The notes under the pieces were generated by a model, which saw nothing but the letters and a program-made list of their open reading frames with translations, had not been told where the DNA came from and searched no databases. Position numbers and translations under genes: made by a program. Of a DNA stretch of 64,000 nucleotides, positions 14,219 through 26,535 are shown in pieces. The stretch's first letter is position 1; the number at the start of each line of letters is the position of its first letter. The stretch lies in NCBI RefSeq assembly GCF_001194135.2, contig NC_068988.1:35083006-35147005 (forward strand), in the 5' to 3' direction. Origin of the DNA: Octopus bimaculoides. Lineage: Eukaryota.

Positions 14219-14629
14219 GCATTCTGCCTGATGCACTTTTGTTTTAATTGCTGTTGTTATAGGAATTATTTCAACGTTATTATTGTTGTTGATGTTGGCA
14301 TTTTTAAAATTTTATCTTGTAAAAAAAAACCATCACCATCACCACCGTCATTATCATTATCATCATCATCAGCATTCTTATCTCATCAATATTGTATTTT
14401 TTAATGATCTTTCTATGTTGTTAAACAATGAAGAACATGATTCAACACCATCAAAATCATCCTTATATGTTACTATATTATTATTATTGGTGGGGGTGGT
14501 AGTAAGTTGGCATGCTGACAAAAATTGTNNNNNNNNNNNNNNNNNNNNNNNNNNNNNNNNNNNNNNNNNNNNNNNNNNNNNNNNNNNNNNNNNNNNNNNN
14601 NNNNNNNNNNNNNNNNNNNNNNNNNNNNN

Positions 14630-15879
14630 TTAATTACATCGGCTCTAGTGCTCAACTGTTACTTAGTCTATTGACCCTAAAAGGTCGACTTTGCCTTTCA
14701 TCCTTTCGGGATCAATAAATTAAGTACCAGTGAAATACTGGGGTCTGTGTAATCAACTAGTCCCCTCTTCACAAATTTGAGGCCATGTGCCTCCAGTAGA
14801 AACGATTGTTATTATTATTAGTATTATTATTATTATTGGTGGGGGTGGTAGTAAGTTGGCATGCTGACAAAAATTGTTAGCACATCAGACAAAGCACTCA
14901 GTGGTATATCTTCTGGCTCTTTACATTCTGAGTTCAAATCCTTCTGAGATCAACTTTGTTTTCTGTATCCTCTAGGGTCAGTACAATAAAGTACGAATGA
15001 AGTACTGGGGTTGATGCAATCAACTTGCCCGACTCCACGTCACAGTTTGTTTTGAGGTTTGGTGGCAACAAATGTCCTCAGATCTCAAGAACCTTTCTAA
15101 GGAATCTTGCAGATCAAATATTGCATTTTTCTGCTGGTTGACCTTGTAAATTTCAGCTTCTTACATAGCAGTTTGTGGGTGCTGTGCCAAGTACACCAAT
15201 TACCATGGGAATAATTATCATCTTACTCTTTCACAGTCACTTCATCTCTCTCTCTCTCTCTCTCTTTTTCTCCTGATACTTCTCATTTTCTTTTCCTATA
15301 ACTTTGATACCTACACTTTTAATATACAGTATTGCAAAGTCTATGGTGTTACACAGTTTGATTATTATTATCATTATCATAATTTTATTATTATTATTAT
15401 TAGTCTGTCTTTACATTCCAAGTTCAAGTTTTGTCAGTGTTAACTTTGCCTTTCATCTTTTTAGGTTCAATAAAATAAGGCACCAGTTGAACAATGGGGT
15501 CAATGTAATCGCATTAGCCCCTTAACCGAAACTGCTGGCCTTGTATCAAAATTATTATTATTATTATTATTATTATCATTGAGTGAGAGAGCAGTGCATG
15601 CTATCAAAGTGAGACTGGGGAAAAATATACGAAGCCCAGTATACCCAACATGACTACTCGTCTGAAAAGGCTACACCAGGCACATGCTTCATTTCTTCTG
15701 CCTCTTTACATTCTGACTTCCAATTTCAGTGAGATTGCCATCATTCAAGGTTACCTTTCATCCTTCGAGGTCACTAAATTAAGTACCAGTTGAGTACTGG
15801 TGTTGATGTACTCAACTTCCCTACCCATTGACATTGTTCGCCTTGTGCCTATAATAGAAAGGATTATTATTATTATTAT

Positions 15880-15880
<1 letters not shown>
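14630..15880 (+). mobile_element. chain of at least four Meta-domain SINE copies joined by (ATT)n tracts
   Basis: Repeated CTTTGCCTTTCATC...AATAAA.TAAG.ACCAGT segments near 14690, 14950, 15440 and 15750. Confidence 0.8.
15060..15235 (-). mobile_element. R4/Dong-like RLE LINE extreme 3' fragment
   Basis: Minus-strand translation IIIPMVIGVLGTAP...SARFLRKVLEI*; same C-terminus type as the 30792-31320 element. Confidence 0.6.
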
Positions 15881-15922
<42 letters not shown>

Positions 15923-17359
15923 TATCTTCATTATTCTTTTTTCCCCGCTTTTTGCTACCTTCAAATTTGAGTTATCAAGTAAGATGGCAGATTTCTGGAT
16001 GGAATCTTAGGTACAGAGCCACTTTCCAACAACACACCGTAACCATAATATAGAGCATCAGTTGCATTTAAGGCTTAATTAAGGTTTGGTTCCATTCACC
16101 CCTGTCAACTCTCATAGATGGCTGAGTCCTTCTGGTTTTTATTTAATGGTTTGTTTGTTTATCTTAATCATGTCGTTGATTCTGTGTCTTGTTTGTAATT
16201 ATTCTGTTTGAAAAATATGTCAAAAATCATTAGTTTAGGAATGTCATAAGTTATTTTGTTATAAAATATGTGTGTGCATATATATATAGAGAGAGACACA
16301 CACACACACATACATACATATATCCATTGTCTGTATATATGTATAAATGTTGATGCATATATATGTTCATATGTACATATGTGAGTTTTTTTCTGTGTAT
16401 ATTTATTTGTGTATAGTTGTGTGTGTATATATGTATATATGCATGGGCGTGTGTTTATACATATGTATATAAAAAAAAAAACATTGATAAGCTATATCTT
16501 CAAAGTTAGATTTTAAACAATATTCAAAATGACATCATCAATATTTTGTCATGCTGTAAGCTAATTTTTATATAAAATGAAAATTATTGAAATTGAATAT
16601 ATTGTAATTTCATAATTGGAAACAGGTTATTTTTTCCTTTGTTATTTTCACTCAATTTAGTACAATACAGTTTTATTTTCTTTTACTGTGTTTTGCTGAA
16701 ATTAATTTAGCCAAACACATATAATAACACTTGTAGCCAAATAAGCAGCTGGGAACCAACAAGTATTGATAAATATGTATAGAAGATGGGAGTAGCAAGG
16801 ATGTAAAATATGCAGTGTCATTGTTTATAGTTTATATATCATCATTAGGATGTCTGTGGCCCTTAACAAGCTCAATTTATGTTCCCTTAAAATTTGAAAT
16901 TTCTATAATGTATGTAACATTCAAAGCCTGAGTAAGTAGCTGAGACAAATAGTCACCAACACATTGGACAAGGGTTGGTATAGATGTAGAATGTGTAAGG
17001 TCAATGCTTGATACACAGTGTCTGCACTTGTGTTTCTGGGGTTCAGTGGAAGCTTAATTTTGGTGCCCTCAGGATTATAGTATCTATAACATGTACTGCC
17101 TGAGTAAGCATCTGGAAATATGTATTGAAAGTATTGACAAATATGTATAACACACAAGGTAGCATGGATGTAGAATATTTAATGCCATCGGTTGATACGT
17201 AGGGTCCTCACAAGGTTTGGGGGAGAGGTCCAGAGCAGACTTATACTCAGTTCTAGAATTATGATACCTATAATATTTGGCAAGGAAAACTACAAATGTC
17301 AGAATAACGTATAAATTACATTACACAAGTTAAACAGAAGAGTTCAAACATTGTATGGT

Positions 17360-17700
17360 CATCATCATCATCATACTTTAACGTCCGTTTTCCATGCTGG
17401 CATGGCTTGGCCGGGTTGATGGCTATCATGAGCATCATCATACTTTAACGTCCATTTTCCATGCCAGCATGGGCTGGACGGTTTGACCAGGGCTGCACCA
17501 GGCTCCAGTTTGATTCGGATTGGTTTCTGTGGTTGTATGCCCTTCCTAATGCCAATCATTTTTCAGTGTACACTGGGTGCTTTTAGCATGCCACAGACAT
17601 GAGTGCTTTTATGTGGCATCAGTACAGGGCTTCTGCTGTGGAGGACAGGCCTCCTTGAGTACAGTAAGACACCAGGTATCTCGGTCCAGGTCTTTTCATG
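17360..17700. mobile_element. SINE with (CAT)n end and duplicated terminal segment
   Basis: CATCATCATACTTTAACGTCC.TTTTCCATGC occurs twice (about 17366 and 17433); related copies near 5000-5140 and 12520-12680. Confidence 0.7.
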
Positions 17701-17778
17701 AATATAACTCAGAGGGAGAGAGACAGGCAGACTGACACACAGAGAAAGAAAGACAGAAAGATTGTCTACATTACTCAC

Positions 17779-17855
17779 AGTGATTTCAACACATTTTCAA
17801 ATAATGAGTTGAAGATGGATGGATGAGAAAAATTCTGATGATTGCCATTGGACTC
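17779..17855 (-). CDS. candidate internal exon (ESNGNHQNFSHPSIFNSLFENVLKS), unidentified gene
   Basis: Acceptor TTTTTTTACATCTGCAG and donor CT|GTGAGT; only one of three frames is open; no recognised homology. Confidence 0.3.
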
Positions 17856-17924
17856 CTGCAGATGTAAAAAAATTTTCTCTTTTATAGAAAAGATTACTAA
17901 CAACAGAATAATAGATCTTATCTA

Positions 17925-18295
17925 TTATCTTTTAGCTTTTATTTGTTTTTGCCATTCGACTGTGGCCTTGCTGGGGCACTTTCCCCCTCGAAGAGTTTAT
18001 TTAAAACAAATCTACTATAATATTTATTTTTTAAAGTCTGGCACTCATTCTACCAATCTCTTTTGCTGAAACACTGAGTTACGGGGGCATAAATAAACTA
18101 ACAATGGTTGTCTCTTAAGCAATGGCAGGGAACACACATATGATGGGTTTCCATGCAGTTTCTGTCTACCAACTCTATTTACAAGGCATTGGTTGATCCG
18201 GGGCTTTTGTAGAAGTCACTTGCCCAAAGTGTCGCATGGTGGAGCCGAATCCGAAAATATGTGGTTGCAGAGCGAGCTTCGTAACCATATGGCCA
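17925..18295 (-). mobile_element. CORE-SINE, OR-like family
   Basis: Same blocks as the 9835 copy (TCTGTCTACCAA...GTAGAAGTCACTTGCCCAAAGTGTCGC). Confidence 0.85.
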
Positions 18296-18655
18296 TGATA
18301 CTGAATAAAAACACACAGCATTCTAACAAAGCTATATATTTTTGTTCTTGACTTTAGACCTGCAAATGTTATCATAATAATTTCTAAATAACTTGTCCCC
18401 TTTTCCAATGGTGTGTTAACTTTGTAGAATACTTGATTCATAAGATTATCTCCTTTTCTCACATGGACCTGGTATTAATTGTCATTTAGTATTTATGACA
18501 CATCCTCTAGAAGTGGAGATAATTTAAATAAATCAAGAATTTATGTTACTCAGTATTTTTTATAATTATAGTTGTCCATATTGTTCAAATACATTCCACA
18601 GGCTTTTCTGAGTTGTTTCACTTAGCTCATGTTCGTTTGAATTATGGAAACTAAA

Positions 18656-18947
18656 GGGTAAAGACCCCTTTCAGTCATGAATGGCTATGGGATTGCTTTC
18701 AGAAAGTTCCCCTTCGAGGCACAAGTCCGGGCAAGCTTGTTTATGGCAAACCAGTTTCCCCTCTGACACCACCAATATTATCCAAGAGAAAGGCAAAAGC
18801 CAATACAGCCTGGCACAACTGAATGAACTGGAGCAACATGACATAAAGTGTCTTGCTCAAGAACACAGCACAGCCCGGTCCAGGAATCGAACTTACTACC
18901 CCATGATAGTGAGCCCAACCCTTTAACCACTGAGCCATGCGCCTTCA
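18656..18947 (-). mobile_element. CORE-SINE (GGGGGTCT tail variant)
   Basis: Head GCGCATGGCTCAGTGGTTAAAGG, CORE GTGTTCTTGAGCAAGACACTTTA. Confidence 0.9.
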
Positions 18948-18993
18948 ATATAGAAATTACTCTGGCTATAATTACTTTCTCTTTTTGTATAAG

Positions 18994-19052
18994 TTTAAAT
19001 CCTTTAACAACTGGACAATTGTTGTGCTGATAAGGCTTATTGCTGCAGAAAC
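18994..19052 (+). CDS. candidate exon (FKSFNNWTIVVLIRLIAAE), unidentified gene
   Basis: Acceptor TTTCTCTTTTTGTATAAG and donor AC|GTGAGT; one open frame; phase-compatible with 18428-18471 and 19481-19538. Confidence 0.25.
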
Positions 19053-19328
19053 GTGAGTCCACATCTTTCGTCTTGTCTCCAGACAATAGGCCTATCTTTT
19101 TATTTAATGGTTTGCTACCTTTGAAAAATTCATAATTCTTGAGATCATATCCTCTTCTCCTATGGATTTGTCTTAATTGCCATTTGGTAATTATGACACA
19201 TCATCTAGAAGCTAAAATAATTGTAATAAATCATAAATTTCTGTTGTATGGTCACCATATATATNNNNNNNNNNNNNNNNNNNNNNNNNNNNNNNNNNNN
19301 NNNNNNNNNNNNNNNNNNNNNNNNNNNN

Positions 19329-19361
<33 letters not shown>

Positions 19362-21583
19362 TTGTCTATGTTGTTCATAGACATGCCTCTGGTCACGCTT
19401 GAATTATTTCTCTTAGCTCATTTTTATAAAATCGAGTGTATGCACTCGCGTGTGCAAACAATATTATTTTCTGCTGACAGAATTGTCGAAGAATTTAATC
19501 TACGTTGTCTTATCAACGAACAGGAATATGTCTTATAAGCTTTAGTTTTCTACAGCTTTCCTCTTCTGTGACTCTAGTAAACATATGACGTGTCACTATC
19601 TCACTTGCGGCTGATACCCCAGCTGTTTAGCCAACTTAACCCGGCTTTCAACTGACCCTGTTGATTTGTAGCAGTAGCAGCAGCAGTTGTTGTTGTTTAG
19701 GTTCTGGACACTCCTAGCCGAGAATGAAAATCATCAAGGACAATCTAAACGTGACTATACTGTCTTTCATCTAGACATTTTACGTGTCTAGAACTTTATC
19801 TAAATGTGACCGTCATTCACTTTTGAAGACGCTAGGGCGTAATGCGTAGTAGATTTGACTGCTCTTTTTAACAAATTCGACGATCAATTAAAGTCTCCAT
19901 ATTTTCGCTGGTCAGAACGTGAGAGACTTGGGAAAAGGTAATTAGTACTTTCAGATGAGACTGAGAAGAATGTTTGGTCGTCTTGAAATATATGTTGACA
20001 CTTCATCAATACAAATGGACAGAATATTTAAGTAGACAGCTATCATTTTCAATATAGTGAATCAATACATTTTAATTAATTAAAATAACATCTGCACTGA
20101 CGAGAAAAGGGGAAAAAAAAATCTCATTAGCTTAATGACTAATTTTTTTTGCAAGAATGTAAGGGAGACAATCCACGAATTTAACTCAATGAGCTCTGAC
20201 TGTATTGTAGACTTGTCGTTTGACAATTGGTTATTTGTGATGATGATGATGATGATGGTTATTTGTGATGATGATGATGATGATTGGTTCCCTGTCTGCC
20301 TTAATAAAGCAACACCAAGATTAAAGCCATGCCATCCGTAACCACTCCGTTTTTATTCTTGCGTGTAAAAAGAAAAACAATCAGTCATGACGGTATTGTC
20401 TAATGTGTCCTTTTCTACGACGGTGGGGGTAGGTGTGATGTGAAGGAGATTTTGTGACTATGTGTTGCACGTGGAAAGATTGCGTAGAAGCTTCCAGATG
20501 TGGATAAGTAGATGTTTTTTTTTTTTCGAACTACAAGGTTTGCTTGGAACTTGTGTTTATCGCTGACTTCACTCACTTTAAGAATCATTGCACCAGTCTA
20601 TCTGACACAGCTTGCTTCGTTCGTGGAAAGAAACTAATTTTAGCGTGAGGCAAAGCAATGAATCACCTGTAAATTTCATATAATGTTGCTAGTTTATCTG
20701 CAATGCCTCCCGTGGAAGCCTCTGCATCGTGACTCTTCTTCCTAGAAAGTGCAGTTAATTTCTCTCACTTCAAACCTTACCATTTTTTGTTAATTACACT
20801 CCGTTCCCCTCCTAACGTTTTCCTTTTGTTCTTTTTTTTTATTTCTTGTTCTTCATTTATATGTAAGACTGGTTATTCTTCATACTTTCTACAGAAACTA
20901 TTTCCTGACGATGTGATTCTTATATCTTGCCGCAACGAAGATGATTAACGATAGATAATTGAGAAACCTACTACACAGTTAATTAAATTGAGGAAGAACT
21001 ATTATAATTAGGGCAGTTTTTCAAACACAAAATGCTTCAATCAAACAGCATTACATCCGTAGTAAATGGAGAAAAACGATGAAACACAGTAATGCCTATA
21101 CATATAGATATAGAAATATCTAGGAAATAGTTCTAAAAACTTAGGTTTAATTATATAAACATAACACTTTCTGAAAAAATATTTTACCACTTTTTGCTTC
21201 GTTCCTTATCCCTACCTTAATAAAGAAAAGAATAACCGTTAATGATAATTCTTTTCAAGAAATACGCATGAAATAACTCCAGAAGCTAAATTGATTATGC
21301 ACTGAATGTAGGTTTGCTTTGGTTAGTATTGTCGATTGTTAATCTGACTTTATCGCAAATTTATGGTTATTGATTGTGTGCTAGGAAGTGAACCATTCAG
21401 AGACCAATACTGAATGCCTACGTATGCGACATGGCTATATTGTTAGTGTCACATTGATTGAGCATTCATTTTTTCGGACAGAACTCACACCCTATTAGCT
21501 CGGCATTTTACTCCAATAGCAATGTAACCCCTACCCTTCCCGCAGCAAGGCAATGCACTGAGGGCAATAGTAATGTTTCTGTT

Positions 21584-21913
21584 GACTGGCACTACTCCGT
21601 TGGTTGCGACGACGAGGGTTCCAGTTGATCCAGTCAACAGAGTAGCCTGCTCGTGATATCAACGTTCACGTGACTGAGCACTCCACAGACACGCGTACTC
21701 TTAACATAGTTCTCAGGGAGATTTAGCGTGACACAAAATGTGACAAGGCTGGCCCTTTGAAATACAGGTACTAGTAGTTTTTGGCAGTTGAGTGGACTGC
21801 AGCAACGTGAAATAAAGTGTCTTGTCCAAGGTCACAACGCACCATCGAGAACTGAACCTACGACCTTTCACTCTTAAGCCGACTACCCTAACCACTAAGC
21901 CACGCGCCTTCAC
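21584..21913 (-). mobile_element. CORE-SINE (GATCAACTGGAACCCTCGTCG tail variant)
   Basis: Head GCGCGTGGCTTAGTGGTTAGG, CORE GTGACCTTGGACAAGACACTTTATTTCAC; second copy at 61223-61514. Confidence 0.88.
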
Positions 21914-23574
21914 AAGCATGCATAAAAGAGTACTAGGATCTCAGACACGTAGGGCCTCCGGCAGCTGATCAATGTGCCCGTGTTTTAAAACAGCAGCAGT
22001 GCATTGATCTTAGTTTCATCTGCAATTTTGTAAATGATCAACATTTGAGATATTTAACCATCGTAAAAGCATCGAAGGGAACCGCTTTCTATAGATCACA
22101 CGACCGGGATTAGAGAGTCTTAGAAACACTGTATCTGAAATAAAGATGTGATGGTCGTAGCTGAAGCATCTCTGTTCATTAGGTCTGCTCGAGCAGGCTC
22201 TAACCTACTACATTACTGTATAGCGACTTTAATATTCTCTTTGTATGTCTAATTAATTAACGGTACCATCGTCGTCATCATCATCGCTATCGTCGTCGTC
22301 GTCAACATAATCATCATCCTCACTATCATCACCATCATTGTCTTCGCCATCAACAGCATTATCAATGCCACCATTTCACTTGTCGTCTTCATCGTCATCG
22401 TCATTGTCGTAATAATAATATGTTAACCTATAATCATATAAAAGTACTTCCTCACATAAACTTTGTTTGCTCTTTGACATAATTACACAATACACCTATG
22501 ATATAACCCGATATATGTGAACGTTAACATAATTAAAAGTCCAGCTGTGAAGATTGGGTTTTAATTAAATTTTAAGTAAATGTGAGCACGTAATCCGGAA
22601 GTGACCTGTCACGATGTTCGAATTTTCTTGTATTGACATTTCTCACCGTGAGTTGACGATCGTTTTGATAAATCATGTAATTTACAGGATGCAGAGTGAT
22701 AAGAGACTAACACAAGCTATGTGTACCAGGCGAGCCTAAGAGACAGAGCCTCTGTTTGGTAAATTTACCTGCTAACATTATCAACCAAATTTCTTTTGAA
22801 TCACACTCGAACGTCTCTTAAAAATACACACGTAGGATTATATTGTTTGGAGATCAACTACTGCTTTCTGTAGTGGTTCTCTTTTGAGGTTTTTGATATT
22901 GTATTTTACGTATAAAATATCTCATATTTCTATGGAAATATTAACCTGTATATAAGAAATTTCTCTCTCTTGTCACTCTATTACTGTATTATTAACGATC
23001 TACGACGAAAAAGTAAATGAATGTATGTTAAAGTAAATTATTTTCTTTCTATAATATATATCTAGCATCGTAAAATGTTTACTTTAGAGAAATTTATTTG
23101 CATTGGGTAATGCTATGCTGACGATTTCATAAAAAGATGATATGACATTATGCATGGTTACTTACGACTGGGAATTTTAAGATTTTTATTCTATATAAGA
23201 AAAAAGAAATATTAAATATGTTTAATCTGTACTCCTTCATAACTCTTCGATTCAAAATTCATTCTTCCAATCTTGCCCGATTTGATCTAGAAGCGATTGT
23301 CTCCTTTACGATAGCTGACCGCCAGGGCATGTCACGTGCATCTCATACCTTCACCCATGATTCCATCACTGGCAATACTTACGTAAGCAGAAAAATTGAA
23401 CAAATCACGAAACAAAAGCTGATCTAAAAAAAAAAAAATCAACTCCTCAGTGACCCACCAATACATTAAATTTGAATGCCTTTTCATAAAGGTTCGATGT
23501 CCACCGAGAACTCCTTCCTAAGTAACTCACTTGTAGGTCACTGCCATGAATGGCAATGCTTAATTTTTTTAATC

Positions 23575-23793
23575 CTTTCTCTTTTACTTGTGTCATTCAT
23601 TGGATTGGGTCATTCTAGGGCACCGGCTTGCAATATCTAGCTAAACAAATCAATCCCAAAACTTATTTTTGAAAATATTGTACGCATTCTGTCGGTTTCT
23701 TTTTTCCAAACCTGTGTTAAGAGGACGTAAACAAACCAACACCAGTTGTCAAGTGATGGTTGGCGGACACACACAAAATGCACGTGCACACAT

Positions 23794-23832
<39 letters not shown>

Positions 23833-23990
23833 ACACGATAAGATTGTACACTGTCTTCGTTTTTCCATATTTACTTACAAGGCATTGGTCAGTCCACGGC
23901 TATAGTAGAACAATAGAAAGCACTTGCCGGAAACTATGTGGCAAAGTGAAGTTCTTAACACGACGTGTTTATTTTTTTGACGCTACAAGG
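23575..23990 (-). mobile_element. CORE-SINE, OR-like family, diverged
   Basis: Family blocks with internal (TA)(TG) microsatellite. Confidence 0.75.
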
Positions 23991-24560
23991 CCTCTTCCCA
24001 CGAACGCGTCGCTAGTCCGTCGCATAATTAATTCCCAAGTTCCATTGGTTGTTATTTTCGACTGAATATACTGAAGTAATATGATATAAAATGCCTTACC
24101 CAAGCACTCAGAGCATCGCCTAGTCCGAGAATCGAATCCACGATCTAACGATTGTGAACCCAAAGACCTTAATCACTTGAGCACTCAACTTCATAAGTAC
24201 ACTATACTTTAAATAAATATAGTGATGTTCATGGCCAGAACACTGTTGTTTGTAGGTTGCTTCATCAAGTTAGACATGAGGTAAAACAACAACAGCATTT
24301 ACGTGTATTTACTTACTTACTCAATGAAACAAGTAGAATAACTTTTGATTAATCAAGACTGTATAATTGCATAGAGGAAAGATAACATTGTAAAATAACA
24401 TTTAACAATGACAAGTGTAACAAGAATTCCCAAAGAAAGAAAAAATGTATATTAATTAGCGTACTGGAACTTCTATGAATTAGAACTAGAAATATGTAAT
24501 GTTTAGGAACACGAGGATGACCGACTTTTCGCAAACCAGTATTTTCCATGTTTGTTTACA

Positions 24561-25239
24561 TAGCTCTTTAGCATTTAAACTAGTCATATCTATCTTATAT
24601 TCAAAGCGACCAGATCCGGCCTTACACGCCTACCTTACAATGTCATTCTAAAAACAAATCATAAAAATCTCAAAGCTATGAGGTAATGTATAATTAATTC
24701 AAGATATTGTGCTTAAATAAGCATTACATTTATACGAAGAACACTGGTGTCTGTTGCGATTTTTGATAAACAAAAATTTTATTCTTTTCGTGCGCAAAAG
24801 CAAATGTTGTTACTACGAACGACAAAAGTTCGAAAAAGTTTTGAATGTTATTGCTCATTGTGTAGTTGTAGCAGTAGATAAAGTGTGGTTAGCTGCTAGC
24901 GGTACTACTGACTTCAAATGGCATTCATCCTCCGACTGTTCATTGCCTTTGTCTTGTCTGCTGCTGTTTGCCATCTCCTACAGTGTCTGCCAATACTCTC
25001 TGCTGCATCCCAACGCTCTCTGTCATGTAGTCACGGTGTGTCGAATTTATAGTGATTGATAGGCTCAGAAAGAAGCGCGCCAAAAGATGAAATCGCCACT
25101 GGAGCCTATTTCATGCGAAGTTGTGATTGGTCAGAGTTGGTTGATAAGTGGGTAATATTCTAGCGACTCGCGACATCGAGTAATTGCTGAATACTCCCAT
25201 TAGACATTTGAGATAGGAATCTGAATGTTAAAGGGTTAA
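24561..25239 (-). mobile_element. piggyBac-like non-autonomous element, long form
   Basis: Ends GAATCTGAATGTTAAAGGG-TTAA; 24565-24735 matches the reverse complement of the 10870 MITE; about 470 bp of extra internal sequence. Confidence 0.65.
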
Positions 25240-25909
25240 AGATCACGAGCAGTCATATATTTCGATAACGAGGATGATGTACCTGATGAACGCACTGTCG
25301 ACTGAACTAATGACAGGCAGCATTAACTGTGTAGTAGCACCAAGGTTGCTGTCTTCTTTTAAGACTTGGTACACTAGAAAAATTACACGAAATCACATCA
25401 TAGACACACATACCAACATCAGTGGGGGTGTAATAGATAGCCAAAGGTTTGTATCTGACGTATATATTTCTCACGATAGCACTCTAAATAACATAATATA
25501 ATGTTTAGAGTTACGACATTTTGTCGACATGAAAAATGTTAGATAACGGAATTTAAACCTCTGAAAAATAAAATCCACATATCACAACATTTTATGCAAA
25601 ATATATATATATTTATTTCTTTTCTATTTTTCTTTTAACTTCTATGACATTTCTAAGTAACTTTTATGACATTTTCATATAAATAACTTTTATGTGTGTG
25701 TGTGTGTTTTGTTTTCGCCAGTTGTGACACACGAAAAGATTTTTAGTAATGGAACGAAAATATTAAACACACAAAAAATAATAACTGTAGCAGCAACAGT
25801 ACTGGTAGTATTTAAATCCAAAGATATCTCTTGATGATTGTGCTGGTATTTGATTATGGTAAATTATGTTGCTGTTATTATTATTAGCAGTAGTAGTAGC
25901 GGAAGCAGC

Positions 25910-26310
25910 GGGAGTAAGAGCAGTAGAATTGATGACATGAGGGACGTGCTACCTCCCACTGAATTTGTGAAAAGATGGGTAGCTGTGGAAAAAAAATGTT
26001 TAGTATGAATTTAGGAGCATTACTCTAAGCATATACCTGTAGATTGGAGATCATTTTGCAAAGGGCCCGTACCTTTGATGGTCAGAGCAGTCGTGGATAT
26101 GTAGGGATTCTAGATTGACCCTAGTTGAAGTTTCTCCTGTACCAGGAGGACTGAATCATTCATGTTATCACATATTTTATATACTAGGTGCACTCTTATC
26201 TCACTTCACCGCCTTTTCTATTTCCTTCACCTAAGATCCCACGCAAATTGTTCACTGTACTTGTGATGTCTCCCTCATCGATGACCTTGTGGCTGATAAA
26301 AGAAATAACG
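25910..26310 (+). mobile_element. Tx1/L1-like LINE 3' end
   Basis: MRDVLPPTEFVKRWVAV peptide; 3' UTR resembles that of the 32699-33215 element. Confidence 0.5.
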
Positions 26311-26330
26311 ATTATTATTATCATGATTAT

Positions 26331-26535
26331 TAAGGCGACGAACTGGCAGAATCGTTAGCACACCGGGTGAAATGCTTAGCGGATTTACGTCTGTATTCAC
26401 GTTCTGAGTTCAAATTCTGCCGAGGTCAATTTTTATCTTTCATCCTTTCGGGGTCGATAAAATAAGAACCAGTTAAATGTAATCGACTTACCCTCTCTCT
26501 CACAGTTTTTGGCCTTGTGCCAAAATTTGAAATCA
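26331..26535 (+). mobile_element. Meta-domain SINE
   Basis: GGCGACGAACTGGCAGAATCGTTAGCAC head, GAGTTCAAATTC B-box, TTTCATCCTTTCGGGGTCGATAAA Meta domain. Confidence 0.9.

Noticed and set aside
14476-14878. Identical ~50-bp segment on both sides of the 14529-14629 gap
   Set aside because: An exact duplicate next to a gap is most likely an assembly overlap artefact
17818-17888. Plus-strand DDCHWTPADVKKF, superficially SANT-like
   Set aside because: In-frame stop follows within a few codons, and the splice signals favour the opposite strand
22595-22603. Isolated promoter-type motifs (CCGGAAGTG here; CAAAATGGCCG at 33822; TGACGTCA near 52611)
   Set aside because: Single short motifs are expected by chance in 64 kb and there is no supporting first exon
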